Shown: one piece after another, positions 43,132 through 52,874 of the stretch
Position numbering within the stretch: position 1 is the stretch's first letter
How the letters are laid out: every line of letters begins with the position of its first letter
Origin: Burkholderiales bacterium
Lineage (GTDB): Bacteria; Pseudomonadota; Gammaproteobacteria; Burkholderiales; Burkholderiaceae_C
DNA length: 59,622 nt
Direction: 5' to 3'
Assembly: GCA_028871575.1 (NCBI GenBank)
Contig: JAGWMW010000001.1
Coordinates: 1 to 59,622 of the forward strand
The notes under the pieces: model-generated
Database searches by the model: none
Told to the model about the DNA's origin: nothing
The model's input: only the letters and a program-made list of their open reading frames with translations
Made by a program: the position numbers and the translations under genes

Positions 43132-44669
43132 GGACGGTCTCCGTCGTGCACCGGCACGAAGGCCGGCGGGCGCGGCAGCCGGGCCGCGCAGCCGGCATCG
43201 AGCCGCAGCGCGCGGGCATCGCTGGCGGCGTCGATGAACCGGTAGACCAGGTCGCGCAGGCAGGGGATGGCCAGCAGCCCATGGCCGGCCTGGGCGACCG
43301 TCACCTGGCGCGCCATCGGCCCCAGCGCGCGGGCCACCTCGGCGGCATGCCGCGGTGGCGTCGCCGGGTCGGCGCCGCCGGCCAGCAGCAAGGCCGGCAC
43401 GCGGGCCACCGGCAGGCGGTAGAAGTCGGCCGGCACCGGGCCGCGGGGCCAGTCCGCGCACACCTGGCGGTACTGCTGCGCAAACGCCTGGCCGAAATCG
43501 GCGCCGGGCAGGTCGCCGGCCTGGTCCAGGCGGGGTGCATCCTCGCTGCACACGACCGAGAAGTGCATGCCTTCGTAGAGCTTGCCCGGCCCGCCTTCGG
43601 TGGCCGCCGACAGACCCACCAGCGGCTCGAAGCGGCCCTGCGCGGCCTCGTGCAGCGCCAGCGGCAGCCCCGCCGCGAGCCAGGGCGCGTACAGCGGGCC
43701 GCGCACCAGGCCCAGCACCATGTCGCGCGTGAACGTCAGGCGCTGCACCTGCCCGGTCAGCGGCTGCGCCACGCTCGCCTCGAGCGGCAGCGAGGCCAGC
43801 AGGGCCCGCCAGTCGGCCCGCAGCGTGGGGTAGGCGCGGTGGCAGTCGGCATCGCCCTCGCAGGCCGCCAGCAGGCCGTCCAGCGCCGCCTGGTTGTCGG
43901 TCGAGAACGAGGCCGGCAGCACCATGCCAGGCGGTGCCACGCCGTCCAGCACCACCCGCCGCACGTGCTGCGGGTACTGGCGCAGGTAGTCGAGCGCCGC
44001 GCGCGTGCCGTAGGAGCCGCCCACCAGATTCAGCCGGGCCGCCCCGATCGCCCGGCGCACGGCCTCGGTGTCCTGGCTCGCGATCCAGGTGGCATAGAAG
44101 CGCAGGTCGCCCCAGGGCAGCTTTTGCAGCGCGCTGCGGCAGGCCTGCATCCGCGCCGGCACCCGCGCTGGATCGAGCTGCTCCGACAGCGGCGCCGTCG
44201 GCCGGCCTGCGGGGCAGGCCAGCGGCGCGCTCAGGCCGGTGCCGCGCTGGTCGATCAGCAGGATGTCGCGCCGGTTCGACAGCCGCGCCAGCATCGCGTG
44301 GATCGGTCCCGCCAGCTCGATGGCGCTCTGCCCTGGCCCGCCCGCGAAGAACACCACCGGGTCGGGCTGCGGGTTGCGAGCCAGCGCCGGCAGCAGCGCG
44401 TAATGCACCTGGATCTGCGGCCCGAGCGGCCGCGCCGGGTCCAGCGGCCGCTGCACCTGACCGCACAGCGCGGCGTGCTCGAGGCCGTCGAGCCGGCAGG
44501 GCGTCGGGGCCTGGGCGCGGGCCCCTGCCGTCGCGGCCAGCAGGGGCAGCGCCGCGGCCAGGGCCAGGGCCAGGCCGGCGGCGCGCGAGCGCCGGGGCGG
44601 GCGCGAGGGCGGGCTCAAGGGCGGGCTCAAGGGCGGGCTCAAGGGCGGGCTCAAGGGCGAGCGCGCCAC
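43128..44669 (-). CDS. Secreted alpha/beta hydrolase, S33/TAP-like aminopeptidase family; start uncertain
   Basis: Signal peptide; GGPG, DQRGTG, GGSYGT nucleophile elbow, DPATP, GHG. Confidence 0.85.
   Translation of the reverse strand: MARSPLSPPLSPPLSPPLSPPSRPPRRSRAAGLALALAAALPLLAATAGARAQAPTPCRLDGLEHAALCGQVQRPLDPARPLGPQIQVHYALLPALARNPQPDPVVFFAGGPGQSAIELAGPIHAMLARLSNRRDILLIDQRGTGLSAPLACPAGRPTAPLSEQLDPARVPARMQACRSALQKLPWGDLRFYATWIASQDTEAVRRAIGAARLNLVGGSYGTRAALDYLRQYPQHVRRVVLDGVAPPGMVLPASFSTDNQAALDGLLAACEGDADCHRAYPTLRADWRALLASLPLEASVAQPLTGQVQRLTFTRDMVLGLVRGPLYAPWLAAGLPLALHEAAQGRFEPLVGLSAATEGGPGKLYEGMHFSVVCSEDAPRLDQAGDLPGADFGQAFAQQYRQVCADWPRGPVPADFYRLPVARVPALLLAGGADPATPPRHAAEVARALGPMARQVTVAQAGHGLLAIPCLRDLVYRFIDAASDARALRLDAGCAARLPRPPAFVPVHDGDRP
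44607..44654. repeat. 12-bp tandem repeat x4 (TTGAGCCCGCCC on minus; encodes LSPP)
   Basis: Four exact units at 44607, 44619, 44631, 44643. Confidence 0.92.
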
Positions 44670-44674
44670 CGCGG

Positions 44675-45040
44675 TCAGGCCAGCAGCCTGCGCAGCTCGC
44701 CGCTGTCGATGAGGCGCTGCAGGTCGTCGGCGCCGCCGACCAGCATGCCCTTGACGAAGACCATCGGCAGCGTCGGCCAGCCGGTCCACATCTTCAGCGC
44801 ATTGCGCTGGCGCCAGGCGCCGAAGTAGCTGCCGTACTCGAGGTAAGTGTGAGCGATGCCGGCGGCGGCCAGCGAGCGCCGCGCGCGGCGCGGGTACGGG
44901 TTCTGCGCCATCCCCACCACCACCACCGCGTCGCGCGCCACGGCGGCCTGGACCTCGCGCAGCGTGGCCTCGTGGTGGCGGGCGACCTGCTCGCGCACGG
45001 CCGGATGGATCTGCGATTCGTCGAGGATGGGGCGTGGCAT
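44675..45040 (-). CDS. Glutaredoxin-like protein lacking cysteine
   Basis: WPTLPMVFVKG.LVGGADD Grx motif; NPYP at the active-site position. Confidence 0.8.
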   Translation of the reverse strand: MPRPILDESQIHPAVREQVARHHEATLREVQAAVARDAVVVVGMAQNPYPRRARRSLAAAGIAHTYLEYGSYFGAWRQRNALKMWTGWPTLPMVFVKGMLVGGADDLQRLIDSGELRRLLA

Positions 45041-45188
45041 GGGGCGTCGGTCTCCTGCGCCGGAATCTAACCGAGCCCCGCGACGCGAGGCCGGCACCCC
45101 GCATCCGCGGGGGCCGGGCGCAACTTTGCACGCCGGGCGCTGCGGCCGGCCTCCGCGCCGCGCGCCGCCGGGGTCGGCCGCGCCTACG

Positions 45189-48044
45189 ATGCCGGCCGTG
45201 TCCGCATCCCCCCGCCTTCCGAGCCGGCCTCCGCGCCCCCGTCGAGTCGCCCTGGCGCTGGCCGTGGCCGGGGCCGGGGCCGCGCTGGCCCTGCTGGCCG
45301 GCCCGGCCCGGGCCGACAACGCCGACCAGGCCGCGCGCCTGTACGACGACGCACTGACCCGCTACGAGAAGCACGACCTGGCCGGTGCGGCGCTGCAGCT
45401 CAAGAGCGCGCTGCAGCTCGACCGCAAGCAGCTCCCGGTGCATGTGCTGCTGGGCAAGGTGCTGCTGGACAGCGGCCAGCCCGCGGCCGCCGAGGCCGAG
45501 TTCACCCAGGCGCTGGACCTGGGCGTGAACCGGGCCGAGGTGGTCGTGCTGCTGGCGCGCAGCCTGGTCGCGCAAGGCCGCGAGCAGGAAGTGATCGACG
45601 ACGCGCGCTTCGCCCTCGCGGGCCTGCCCGACGCCACGCTGGCCCCGCTGCTGCTGATCAAGGCCGGCTGCTACGCCGATCTCGGCCAGGCCCGCGCCGC
45701 GCTCGACGCGGTGGCCGCGGCGCGCCAGGCCGACCCGCGCTCGCCCGAGGGTTGGCTGGCCGAGGTGCCGATCCGCATCCGGGCCCGCCAGTTCGCCGAG
45801 GCCCGCGCCGCGGTCGAGCGCGCGCGCGCGCTGGCGCCGGGCTCGGCCGCGGTGCATTACGCGCTTGCCTCGATCCTGCATGTCGCGGGCGACGAAGCCG
45901 GCGCGCTGGCCGCCTACGACCAGACCCTCGCGGCCGACCCCGGCCATGTCGACGCCCGGGTGGCGCGCGCCGGCATCTACGTCGACATGAAGCGCGACGC
46001 CGACGCCGAGCGCGACATCGCCGTGCTCACGCGCGATGCGGCACTGGAGCCGCGCGGCTGGTATCTCGGCGCGCTGCTGGCCGAGCGTGCCGGCCGCACC
46101 GCGGCCATGAAGTCGGCCCTGCGGAAAGTGACCGAGCTGCTCGACCCGGTGCCGCTGGGCTTCATCCGCTACCGGCCGCAGATGCTGCTGCTGAACGGCC
46201 AGGCCCACTACGGCCTGGGCGAGAACGAGAAGGCGCTGCCCTACTTCGAGGCCTTCCAGCGCGTGCAGCCGGGCACGCCGGTGGCCAAGGTGCTGGGCAG
46301 CCTGTACCTGGTCAACGGCAACCGCGACCGCGCCGTGGACGTGCTCGAGGACTACCTGCGCGGCACCCCGGGCGATGCCCAGGCCATGGCGCTGCTGGCC
46401 TCGGCCTACATGGCCAAGGGGCGCAACGCGCGCGCCGCCGACCTGATGCAGCAGGCGCTGCAACGCAACGACGCCCCCGAGCTCTACGCGGCCTACGGAC
46501 TGAGCCTGATGCGATCGGGCCGCAGCGCCGACGCCCGGCAGCAGCTCGAGGCCGCGTTCCGCAAGGACCCGCAGCAGACCCAGGCCGGCTACGCGCTGGT
46601 CGGCCTGTACCTGCGCGCCGGCCAGCTCGACAAGGCGCAGGCCGTGGCCGGCACGCTGGTGCGCCAGCAGCCCGCCAACCCCAGCCTGCAGAACCTGCTG
46701 GGCATGGTGCTGGCCAGCCGGCGCGACGTGGCCGGCGCGCGCACCGCCTTCGAGCAGGCGCTCAAGCTCGACCCCACGCTCACCCAGGCCAGCCTGAACC
46801 TGGCCCGGCTCGAGGTGGCGGCGGCGCACTTCGACCGCGCGCAGGGCCTGCTCGACGGCGTGCTGGCCAAGGCCGCCGGCAACACCGAGGCCATGGTCGA
46901 GCAGGCCGTGCTGGCCGAGCGCCGCGGGCACCAGCCCGATGCGCTGCGCTGGCTCACCAAGGCCTGGGACACCGCCGGCGCGAGCGACCTGCGCGCCAGC
47001 CTGGCCCTGGTCGACCTGCAGATGCGCCTGGGCCGGCCCGACCTGGCGCTGAAGGTGGCGCAGCAGGTCGCGGCCAGCCGCAGCGACAACCTGCCCGCCC
47101 TGCTGGCGCTCACCCGGGCACAACTGGCCAGCCACGACGCCGCCGGCGCCCGCGTCACGCTCACCGCGGCCACCCGCTATGCCGGATTCGAGGCGCCGGT
47201 GCAGGTCGAGATCGCCCTGCTGCAGCAGGCCGCAGGCAACCTGGCCGGTGCGGCCTACAGCCTGGACAAGGCGCTGTCGGCCCAGCCCGAGTACCTGCCC
47301 GCCCAGGCCCTGATGGCCGAGATCCAGACGCGCCAGGGAGACTTCGCCGGCGCCGAGCAGCGAGCGCGGCACCTCGTGGCCAAGGCCCCCAGGCTGGCCA
47401 TCGGCTACAGCCTGCTCGGCGACCTGGCCCTGGCGCGGCAGCAGCCCGAGCCGGCGCTGGCCGCCTACCGCAAGGCCCACGCCGTGCAGCCCTCGACCGA
47501 CACCCTGCAGCGCCTGGCCGGCTTGCTGTCGGCGCTCGACCCGGCGGCTGGCCTGGCCCTCGTCGAATCCTGGGTCCGGGCCCATCCCGCCGACGCCGTC
47601 GCCACCAACCTGCTGGCGCAGGCCTACGTGCGGCGCGGCCAATTCGCGCCGGCGCGCGATGTCTACCTGCGCCTGCGCGCCGCGCGGCCCCAGGACCCCG
47701 GCGTCATGAACGATCTGGCCAACGTCCAGCTGGCGCTGAACGACCCGCAGGCCCTGGCCACCGCCGAGCAGGCCCTGGCCGCCGACCCGGGCAATCCGCT
47801 GGTCATCGACACGGCCGGCTGGGCCGCCTTCCGCGCCGGCAAGGCCGACCGCGCAGCCCAGCTGCTGCGCGATGCCCGCCTGCGCGATCCCGGCAACGGC
47901 ACCATCCGCTACCACCTGGCCGCCGTGCTGGCGCAGACCGGCCGCCGCGCCGAAGCGCGTGACGAGCTGCGCACGGCACTGAAGGCGCAGGCCGATTTCG
48001 ACGGTCGCGGGGCGGCCAAGGCCCTGCTGGCGACCCTCGAGTGA
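45189..48044 (+). CDS. prsT: PEP-CTERM system TPR-repeat protein PrsT
   Basis: Signal peptide; AALQLKSALQ N-terminus; about 950 aa of TPRs ending DTAGW...YHLA; adjacent to a PEP-CTERM gene. Confidence 0.82.
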   Translation: MPAVSASPRLPSRPPRPRRVALALAVAGAGAALALLAGPARADNADQAARLYDDALTRYEKHDLAGAALQLKSALQLDRKQLPVHVLLGKVLLDSGQPAAAEAEFTQALDLGVNRAEVVVLLARSLVAQGREQEVIDDARFALAGLPDATLAPLLLIKAGCYADLGQARAALDAVAAARQADPRSPEGWLAEVPIRIRARQFAEARAAVERARALAPGSAAVHYALASILHVAGDEAGALAAYDQTLAADPGHVDARVARAGIYVDMKRDADAERDIAVLTRDAALEPRGWYLGALLAERAGRTAAMKSALRKVTELLDPVPLGFIRYRPQMLLLNGQAHYGLGENEKALPYFEAFQRVQPGTPVAKVLGSLYLVNGNRDRAVDVLEDYLRGTPGDAQAMALLASAYMAKGRNARAADLMQQALQRNDAPELYAAYGLSLMRSGRSADARQQLEAAFRKDPQQTQAGYALVGLYLRAGQLDKAQAVAGTLVRQQPANPSLQNLLGMVLASRRDVAGARTAFEQALKLDPTLTQASLNLARLEVAAAHFDRAQGLLDGVLAKAAGNTEAMVEQAVLAERRGHQPDALRWLTKAWDTAGASDLRASLALVDLQMRLGRPDLALKVAQQVAASRSDNLPALLALTRAQLASHDAAGARVTLTAATRYAGFEAPVQVEIALLQQAAGNLAGAAYSLDKALSAQPEYLPAQALMAEIQTRQGDFAGAEQRARHLVAKAPRLAIGYSLLGDLALARQQPEPALAAYRKAHAVQPSTDTLQRLAGLLSALDPAAGLALVESWVRAHPADAVATNLLAQAYVRRGQFAPARDVYLRLRAARPQDPGVMNDLANVQLALNDPQALATAEQALAADPGNPLVIDTAGWAAFRAGKADRAAQLLRDARLRDPGNGTIRYHLAAVLAQTGRRAEARDELRTALKAQADFDGRGAAKALLATLE

Positions 48045-48148
48045 GGGGTCGCCGACCCCACTGCGCGCGGTCGAGGGTTCTTACAATTGATCACGGTTCG
48101 GCATGCGGCGTAACGGTAAGTCCTTGGGCCCCGGCAAGTCTCCGCCTC

Positions 48149-48163
48149 TGGCACCCCGCTTGC
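48149..48163 (+). promoter_or_regulatory. Sigma-54 promoter for PEP-CTERM gene
   Basis: Perfect TGGCAC-N5-TTGC; possible enhancer half-match GGT-N11-ACA at 48069-48085. Confidence 0.85.
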
Positions 48164-48220
48164 CTGCCTAACCCCAAAGCGCCCGGATCCGGGCCAGCCG
48201 TGAAAGTCGAGGGACGTCGA

Positions 48221-49126
48221 ATGCATCAGATCTCCAAGTGGGTGGGCAGCGTGGCCCTGGTGGCCGGACTGGGGTTTGCCGGCGCGGCAAACGCCACCTG
48301 GACCTTCAAGGGCTCCGGCGCCAACGACACCAACGGCGACCCGCTGGCCAAGACCAGCTACACGCCCGATGCCGGTTTCACGGGCGACCCGTCGCTGAAC
48401 ATCAGCGGTGTCTATGCCCGCAATGGCAGCGGCAACGTCGGCTTCGCCTCGGGTGCCAGCTGGGCGTCCAAGGCATTGACCTATTACGACCCGAACGGGC
48501 TGGGCATGTCCTCCGACGGCAACACGGCGCCGAACCATGCGATCGACAACAACGGCAACACCGAAGGCATCCTGCTGAGCTTCGGCAGCAGCGTCGTGCT
48601 CAGCAGCATCGGCATCGGCTACAAGTCCGGCGACGCCGACATCTCGGTGTTCCGCTACACCGGCGCGTCGGCCCCGGCCTCGCTGCCGGGCTCGTCGGTC
48701 GGCAGCTTCGTGACCGATGCGCTGGGCACCGCGAACTCGGGCTGGGACCTGGTCGGCAACTACGCCAACCTGGCCGTGGACAACACCAACCCGTACAACA
48801 TGATCAACGGCTGCACCAATGCCAGCGGCACCGCCGTGTGCTCGTCCAGCAGCAAGGGCTCGAGCTGGTGGCTGATCACGGCCTACAACACGGCTTTCGG
48901 CACCGGCGCCAACCTGACCCAGGGCGACGACTACTTCAAGGTCTACGCCGTCGCCGGCAGCAAGTGCACGGCCGGCGGCACCGCCTGCGGCAGCACCACC
49001 ACGACCGGGGGCAACGTGCCCGAGCCCGGATCGCTGGCCCTGGTGATCGCGGCGCTGACCGGCACCTGGGCGGCGCGGCGCAAGAGCGGTCGGGCGGCGG
49101 CCAGGCACGCCCTGGCAGCCGCCTAG
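48221..49126 (+). CDS. PEP-CTERM surface protein (XDP1-like)
   Basis: Signal peptide; SSWWLITAYN and DYFK motifs; VPEPGSLAL + TM + basic tail. Confidence 0.9.
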   Translation: MHQISKWVGSVALVAGLGFAGAANATWTFKGSGANDTNGDPLAKTSYTPDAGFTGDPSLNISGVYARNGSGNVGFASGASWASKALTYYDPNGLGMSSDGNTAPNHAIDNNGNTEGILLSFGSSVVLSSIGIGYKSGDADISVFRYTGASAPASLPGSSVGSFVTDALGTANSGWDLVGNYANLAVDNTNPYNMINGCTNASGTAVCSSSSKGSSWWLITAYNTAFGTGANLTQGDDYFKVYAVAGSKCTAGGTACGSTTTTGGNVPEPGSLALVIAALTGTWAARRKSGRAAARHALAAA

Positions 49127-49404
49127 TCGACCACCTGCACGCCCCTCCAGAAGGCCACCCGGCCCTTGATCTGGGTGGCGGCTTCCTTCGGGTCGGGGTA
49201 GGTCCAGACCGCGTCGGGATTCGCGTCCCCGTTGACGAACAGCGTGTAGTAGCTGGCCTGGCCCTTCCAGGAACACATGGTCTTGGTGTTGCTGGGCAGC
49301 AGGTACTCGCGCTTGAGCGCTTCGGCCGGGAAGTAGTGGTTGCCTTCGACCACCACGGTGTCGTCGCTTTCGGCCACGACGGTGCCGTTCCAGAGGGCTT
49401 TCAT
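49123..49404 (-). CDS. DUF427 domain protein
   Basis: VVAES...EGNHYFP, CSWKGQASYY, AVWTYPDP, IKGRVAFW. Confidence 0.9.
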   Translation of the reverse strand: MKALWNGTVVAESDDTVVVEGNHYFPAEALKREYLLPSNTKTMCSWKGQASYYTLFVNGDANPDAVWTYPDPKEAATQIKGRVAFWRGVQVVD

Positions 49405-49515
49405 CGCATCGGCTCCTGCACGAAGACGCTGACGCGGCAGCGTATACCAACCGCGTGAACGCTGCGTGCAGGGTGGTGGAACCCCGGCGCCCGCGCCTGG
49501 CCGTACATTGAGCGC

Positions 49516-50394
49516 ATGAGCTTGCACACCGCCCCCCAAGCCCAGCCTGCGCTCGCCGCGGCACGGCCCGTCGAGCGCCTGGTCCCGGGCCAGGCCACGC
49601 AGGATGGCGCCGGCGTGCGCCTGACCCGGCTGCTGACGCAGGACCTGCAGCGCCGGCTCGACCCGTACCTGATGCTCGACCTGTTCGGCACCGACAACCC
49701 GGGCGACTACATCGGCGGCTTCCCCGACCACCCGCACCGCGGCTTCGAGACCATCACCTACATGCTGCAGGGCCGGATGCGCCACCGCGACAGCGCCGGC
49801 CACGAAGGCCTGCTGGTGCCGGGCAGCGTGCAGTGGATGACGGCCGGCCGCGGCGTGATCCACAGCGAGATGCCCGAGCAGCAGGACGGGGCGATGGAGG
49901 GATTCCAGCTCTGGCTGAACCTGCCGGCGCGCGACAAGCTGCGCGAGCCCTGGTACCGGGACATCGCCAGCGTCGAGATCCCCGAATGGCAGGGCTCGGG
50001 CGTCACCGCGCGCGTCATCGCCGGCGCCAGCCACGGCGTGGTCGGCGCGGTGCAGCGGGCCGACACCGCGGCGCTGTACCTCGACCTGCATCTGGCCCCA
50101 GGCGCCCTGTTCGAGCAGGCGCTGCCGGGCTCGCACAATGCCTTCGTCGTGACCTACCGCGGCGCGCTCGACATCGCCGGCACCCGGGTGCCGGCGCGGC
50201 AGCTGGCGATCCTGGCCAACGCCTCGGGCGACACCCGAGTCGAGCTGCGCGCTGGCCCCGAGGGTGCGCGGGCCATCCTGGTCGCAGGGCGCCCGCTGAA
50301 CGAGCCGATCGCCCAATACGGGCCGTTCGTGATGAACACGCGGCAGGAGATCCTCCAGGCGGTCGACGACTTCCGCGCCGGCCGCCTGGCCTGA
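49516..50394 (+). CDS. Pirin family protein
   Basis: GFPDHPHRGFETITY, WMTAGRGVIHSE, QLWLNLP, GPFVMNT. Confidence 0.95.
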   Translation: MSLHTAPQAQPALAAARPVERLVPGQATQDGAGVRLTRLLTQDLQRRLDPYLMLDLFGTDNPGDYIGGFPDHPHRGFETITYMLQGRMRHRDSAGHEGLLVPGSVQWMTAGRGVIHSEMPEQQDGAMEGFQLWLNLPARDKLREPWYRDIASVEIPEWQGSGVTARVIAGASHGVVGAVQRADTAALYLDLHLAPGALFEQALPGSHNAFVVTYRGALDIAGTRVPARQLAILANASGDTRVELRAGPEGARAILVAGRPLNEPIAQYGPFVMNTRQEILQAVDDFRAGRLA

Positions 50395-50411
50395 GCGCCG
50401 ACCCGGCGCGC

Positions 50412-51680
50412 CTACCGGTCCCTGCGCAGGACCCCCACCGCCGAGGCGGCCGAGCCGACCGCGAACACGGTGTAGTTGGCGCCGGCCACGAAGGTCTGGG
50501 TGCCGGCGCTGACCACCGGCGCGGGGAGGCCGGCCGCGGTGACCGACAGGCTGGCGGTGGTCGAGGGCGGCACGCTGCCGTAGCTCGATGCCGTGCCGGC
50601 GGCGACCCCATCGGCCACCGGCACGAAGTCCACCGTCAGCGCCAGCGGCGTGCCCAGGTCGGCCAGCCCGTTGACCAGGCGCACCTTGGCCTGGGTGCTG
50701 TCCGTGGGCAGGCGGTTGTCGTCCTCGATCAGGCTGGCCTGGGGCGCCGACGGCGGGCCGTAGACCAGCAGCGTGTAGTCGGCGCCGGCGGCCAGGGTCA
50801 GCGTCGTCACCGGGACGCTGACGCCGTTGACGGCCAGGGCCGCCGACTCGCTGCCGGCCGCAACCAGCGCGTACAGCCCCACGGCCGGCGAGCCCACGCC
50901 GCTCATCAGCGGCACGCCGCCCAGGCTGGCACTGACCGCACCACCGGCACTGGCGCCGGCCGCGACCCGAACGCGGGCCTGGGTGTTGTCCAGCCGCGTG
51001 ACGCCGCCTTGCTGCGTCACCAGCAGCGCATTGACGAGCACGCCGCCACGGCCCGGCGTCAGCACCAGCGTCGCCACTTGCTGGCTCGCCAGCGTCAGGC
51101 CGGCGAGGTCCAGCCGCAGGTCGGTCTTGCTGCCGGCGGCCGTCACGCGCAGCCGCGAGCTGCTGCTGTCGACCGTGAGCCAGGCGCTGGGCGTGGCCGA
51201 GGCGCCGCCGAGCAGCGGCACCGAGGCGGACAGCGCGTCGCCGCTGCCGGTGAGGTAGACGTCTAGGCTGCCGGCATCGGGCGCGCCATTCACGATCCGC
51301 AGCAGGCTCTTGCCCGCGGCCGGGGCGGCGACGTCCTCGTCCAGCAGCACCTGGTTCAGCGCGCCGGCATTGCCCCAGGCCAGGAGCGTGTAGTGGCGGT
51401 TCTTGCTCAGGGCAGGGGTGAAGGACAGCAAGGCGGTCGGCGAGCCGGCGCTGTTGATCGTGGTGTCGGCATTGCCGGGGTCGACGGCCACGTAGCCGGG
51501 GTCGGCGGCGTAGGCGACCCCGCCCTGGCGCACCTGGCCGTGGACCACCAGGTCGAGCGCGGCGTAGCCCGTGCTGGCATCGACCAGCCGCAACTGGGCC
51601 TTGGTGCGGTCGGTGCCGCCGCCGCAGCCGGCCAGCAGCAGGGCCAGCGCGACCAGGGCGGTCAGGCGGCGAAAGGTCAT
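50412..51680 (-). CDS. DUF4397-type beta-sandwich lipoprotein
   Basis: Lipobox LLAGC; repeated RLV(D/N)/RIVNGAPDAG..DVY and YTL modules. Confidence 0.78.
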   Translation of the reverse strand: MTFRRLTALVALALLLAGCGGGTDRTKAQLRLVDASTGYAALDLVVHGQVRQGGVAYAADPGYVAVDPGNADTTINSAGSPTALLSFTPALSKNRHYTLLAWGNAGALNQVLLDEDVAAPAAGKSLLRIVNGAPDAGSLDVYLTGSGDALSASVPLLGGASATPSAWLTVDSSSSRLRVTAAGSKTDLRLDLAGLTLASQQVATLVLTPGRGGVLVNALLVTQQGGVTRLDNTQARVRVAAGASAGGAVSASLGGVPLMSGVGSPAVGLYALVAAGSESAALAVNGVSVPVTTLTLAAGADYTLLVYGPPSAPQASLIEDDNRLPTDSTQAKVRLVNGLADLGTPLALTVDFVPVADGVAAGTASSYGSVPPSTTASLSVTAAGLPAPVVSAGTQTFVAGANYTVFAVGSAASAVGVLRRDR

Positions 51681-51714
51681 GTCGGGCACTCCATGCGCGG
51701 ATACGGGCCGGCCA

Positions 51715-51993
51715 TCATGCCTGCCCGCGCGCCGCGCCGCCTGCCGCCACCGAACGGCCGGCGCCGGCCAGCCGCAACGCCAGCCAGGCATTCAGCGGCA
51801 ACTCGGTGCCCAGGGCGTCGACGCCGGCGTGCTCGCGCACGAGCAGGCCCTGCTGCAGCTCGTGGCTCGAATCGAACCAGCCGCAGCCCAGCGGCCGATC
51901 GGTCTCGGCCGGCGGGACGGGCGCGGGGCAGCGCGATGGGTGGCGGGCTCGGCGCAGGCGATGCCACAGGCGTCGCGCAAGGTTCTCGATCAT
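51715..51993 (-). CDS. Small hypothetical protein with GWFDSSxEL motif
   Basis: GGGAG SD before ATG 51993; CGWFDSSHELQQGLLVRE. Confidence 0.6.
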   Translation of the reverse strand: MIENLARRLWHRLRRARHPSRCPAPVPPAETDRPLGCGWFDSSHELQQGLLVREHAGVDALGTELPLNAWLALRLAGAGRSVAAGGAARGQA

Positions 51994-52119
51994 GGTCGGC
52001 TCCCGGCAGTGCGGAAGCCCCATCGTCGACTGCGCCTGCCGCTGCGGCCATCGCCAGGATGGCTGGGGCGCGGGCGGGCCCTCGTCCGGGGGTCGGCCCG
52101 CAACCCCGAGGACGGGGGA

Positions 52120-52701
52120 TCAGCCGAAGGGCCGGACCCCGATCAGCCAGGCATGGCCCCAGAAGGCGAAGACCCCCCAGGCCAGCGCGCCGACGACCAC
52201 CGTCAGGCCGGTGGCCGCCCCGCTGGTGGCCAGCGGCGGCACGGCCCCGACCGCCCGGTCGCGCTGGCGCGCGGCGCGGAAGTCGAGCACGGCCCAGAGC
52301 AGAAAGCTGCCGAACAACAGCACCGCAGCCAGGCTGCCGTTGGCCAGCAGGTGCGCCAAGGCCCAGGTCTTCACGCCCAGCACCATGGGATGCCTCAGGC
52401 GGGCCCGGATGGCATTGCGCGGCACGTAGGCCGCGACCAGCAGGATGAAGGCGGCCAGCATCAGCAGGCCGGCCAGGTGGCGGGTCCAGACCGGCGGCAC
52501 CCACAGCTGGACGGGTTGCTGGCGGGCCAGGCCCCAGCCCCAGACGACGAGTGCCAGGCCGGCCAGCGACAGCAGGCTGTAGCCGCCCTTCCAGGGGCCC
52601 TCGCCCATGCGGGCCAGCGTCCGTCCGCGCCAGCCCTCGGCCACGATGCGCACCGAGTGCACGCCCAGGAAGAGCGCAAGGCCGAGGATCAGCAGGGTCA
52701 T
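52120..52701 (-). CDS. nnrU: NnrU family membrane protein
   Basis: LILGLALFLGVHS, RHPM, WALAHLLANG, HAWLIGV.P. Confidence 0.88.
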   Translation of the reverse strand: MTLLILGLALFLGVHSVRIVAEGWRGRTLARMGEGPWKGGYSLLSLAGLALVVWGWGLARQQPVQLWVPPVWTRHLAGLLMLAAFILLVAAYVPRNAIRARLRHPMVLGVKTWALAHLLANGSLAAVLLFGSFLLWAVLDFRAARQRDRAVGAVPPLATSGAATGLTVVVGALAWGVFAFWGHAWLIGVRPFG

Positions 52702-52874
52702 GGCGGGGCCATTGGGGCTGGCGGTGAAGCGCCGGATTGTGACGGCCGGCCGGTGCGTCGGCCAGAATCGCCGTCGGTCCGTTATCCCCGCTCCATCCTT
52801 CGTCCACCCGCGCCCGGGTGGCGGGTCGCCAGGCCCGCCGCCCCCCGAGCGCCCGACAGCCTCGAAAGCCCGCC

